This document shows positions 26,571 through 26,629 of a DNA stretch of 26,629 bases, piece after piece. The stretch spans positions 1 through 26,629 of the forward strand of contig DKDD01000103.1 in assembly GCA_002451715.1 (NCBI GenBank), written 5' to 3'. The DNA is from Ruminococcaceae bacterium UBA6857. Lineage in GTDB: Bacteria > Bacillota > Clostridia > Oscillospirales > Acutalibacteraceae. The notes under the pieces were generated by a model. It did not search any database, was not told the DNA's origin, and saw only the letters and a list, made by a program, of their open reading frames with translations. Position numbers and translations under genes: made by a program. Each line of letters starts with the position of its first letter. The first letter of the stretch is position 1.

Positions 26571-26629
26571 TCAGCAACCGCAACCGCAGTTGTTGTTCGA
26601 ATAGGTGTTTTCACAGCCGCAACCGCAAC
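26571..26629 (-). CDS. 3' end of a small Cys/Gly/Asn-rich protein (begins beyond the window)
   Basis: The minus frame reads ...CGCGCENTYSNNNCGCGC* (TGA at 26571-26573). A minus-strand hairpin AGTCGTGAAAG/TTTTTGCGACT follows. Confidence 0.6.
   Translation of the reverse strand, partial: CGCGCENTYSNNNCGCGC

Noticed and set aside
26534..26629. Plus-strand ORF MSRKKPFHDF... with AGAGGA upstream
   Set aside because: It starts right after a terminator and is the antisense of the more plausible Cys/Gly-rich frame, though it cannot be fully excluded.
1..26629. CRISPR arrays, IS/transposases, integrases, prophage or defence genes, tRNA/rRNA
   Set aside because: No regularly spaced nucleotide repeats or diagnostic motifs were seen; the FN3 repeats are diverged protein-level repeats.

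Overview
A spore-forming Clostridia chromosomal window, probably Oscillospiraceae/Ruminococcaceae-like (inferred from gene content). From left to right it holds: (1) three co-oriented secreted fibronectin type III (FN3) repeat genes, the leftmost cut by the window edge; (2) the conserved rpsT / gpr-spoIIP sporulation block plus a small membrane gene; (3) a secreted GH31 glycosidase with an inserted PA14 domain; (4) an ileS-proS pair, where IleRS is type 2 with a swapped GIHH signature and ProRS is the archaeal/eukaryotic type; (5) an ~8 kb lipid/acyl-amide locus encoding a GH3 acyl-adenylating enzyme, an unannotated 45-aa secreted peptide, a secreted neutral-ceramidase-like protein, a stand-alone NRPS condensation domain, an acyl carrier protein and a secreted LCAT-like alpha/beta hydrolase with a Cys nucleophile; (6) the end of a Cys/Gly-rich small gene at the right edge. 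Locus 5 is the best candidate for a novel system: a possible lipid-scavenging, N-acyl amide building pathway. No CRISPR array, IS element, tRNA or rRNA was seen. All calls come from reading motifs by eye, and no database search was run.
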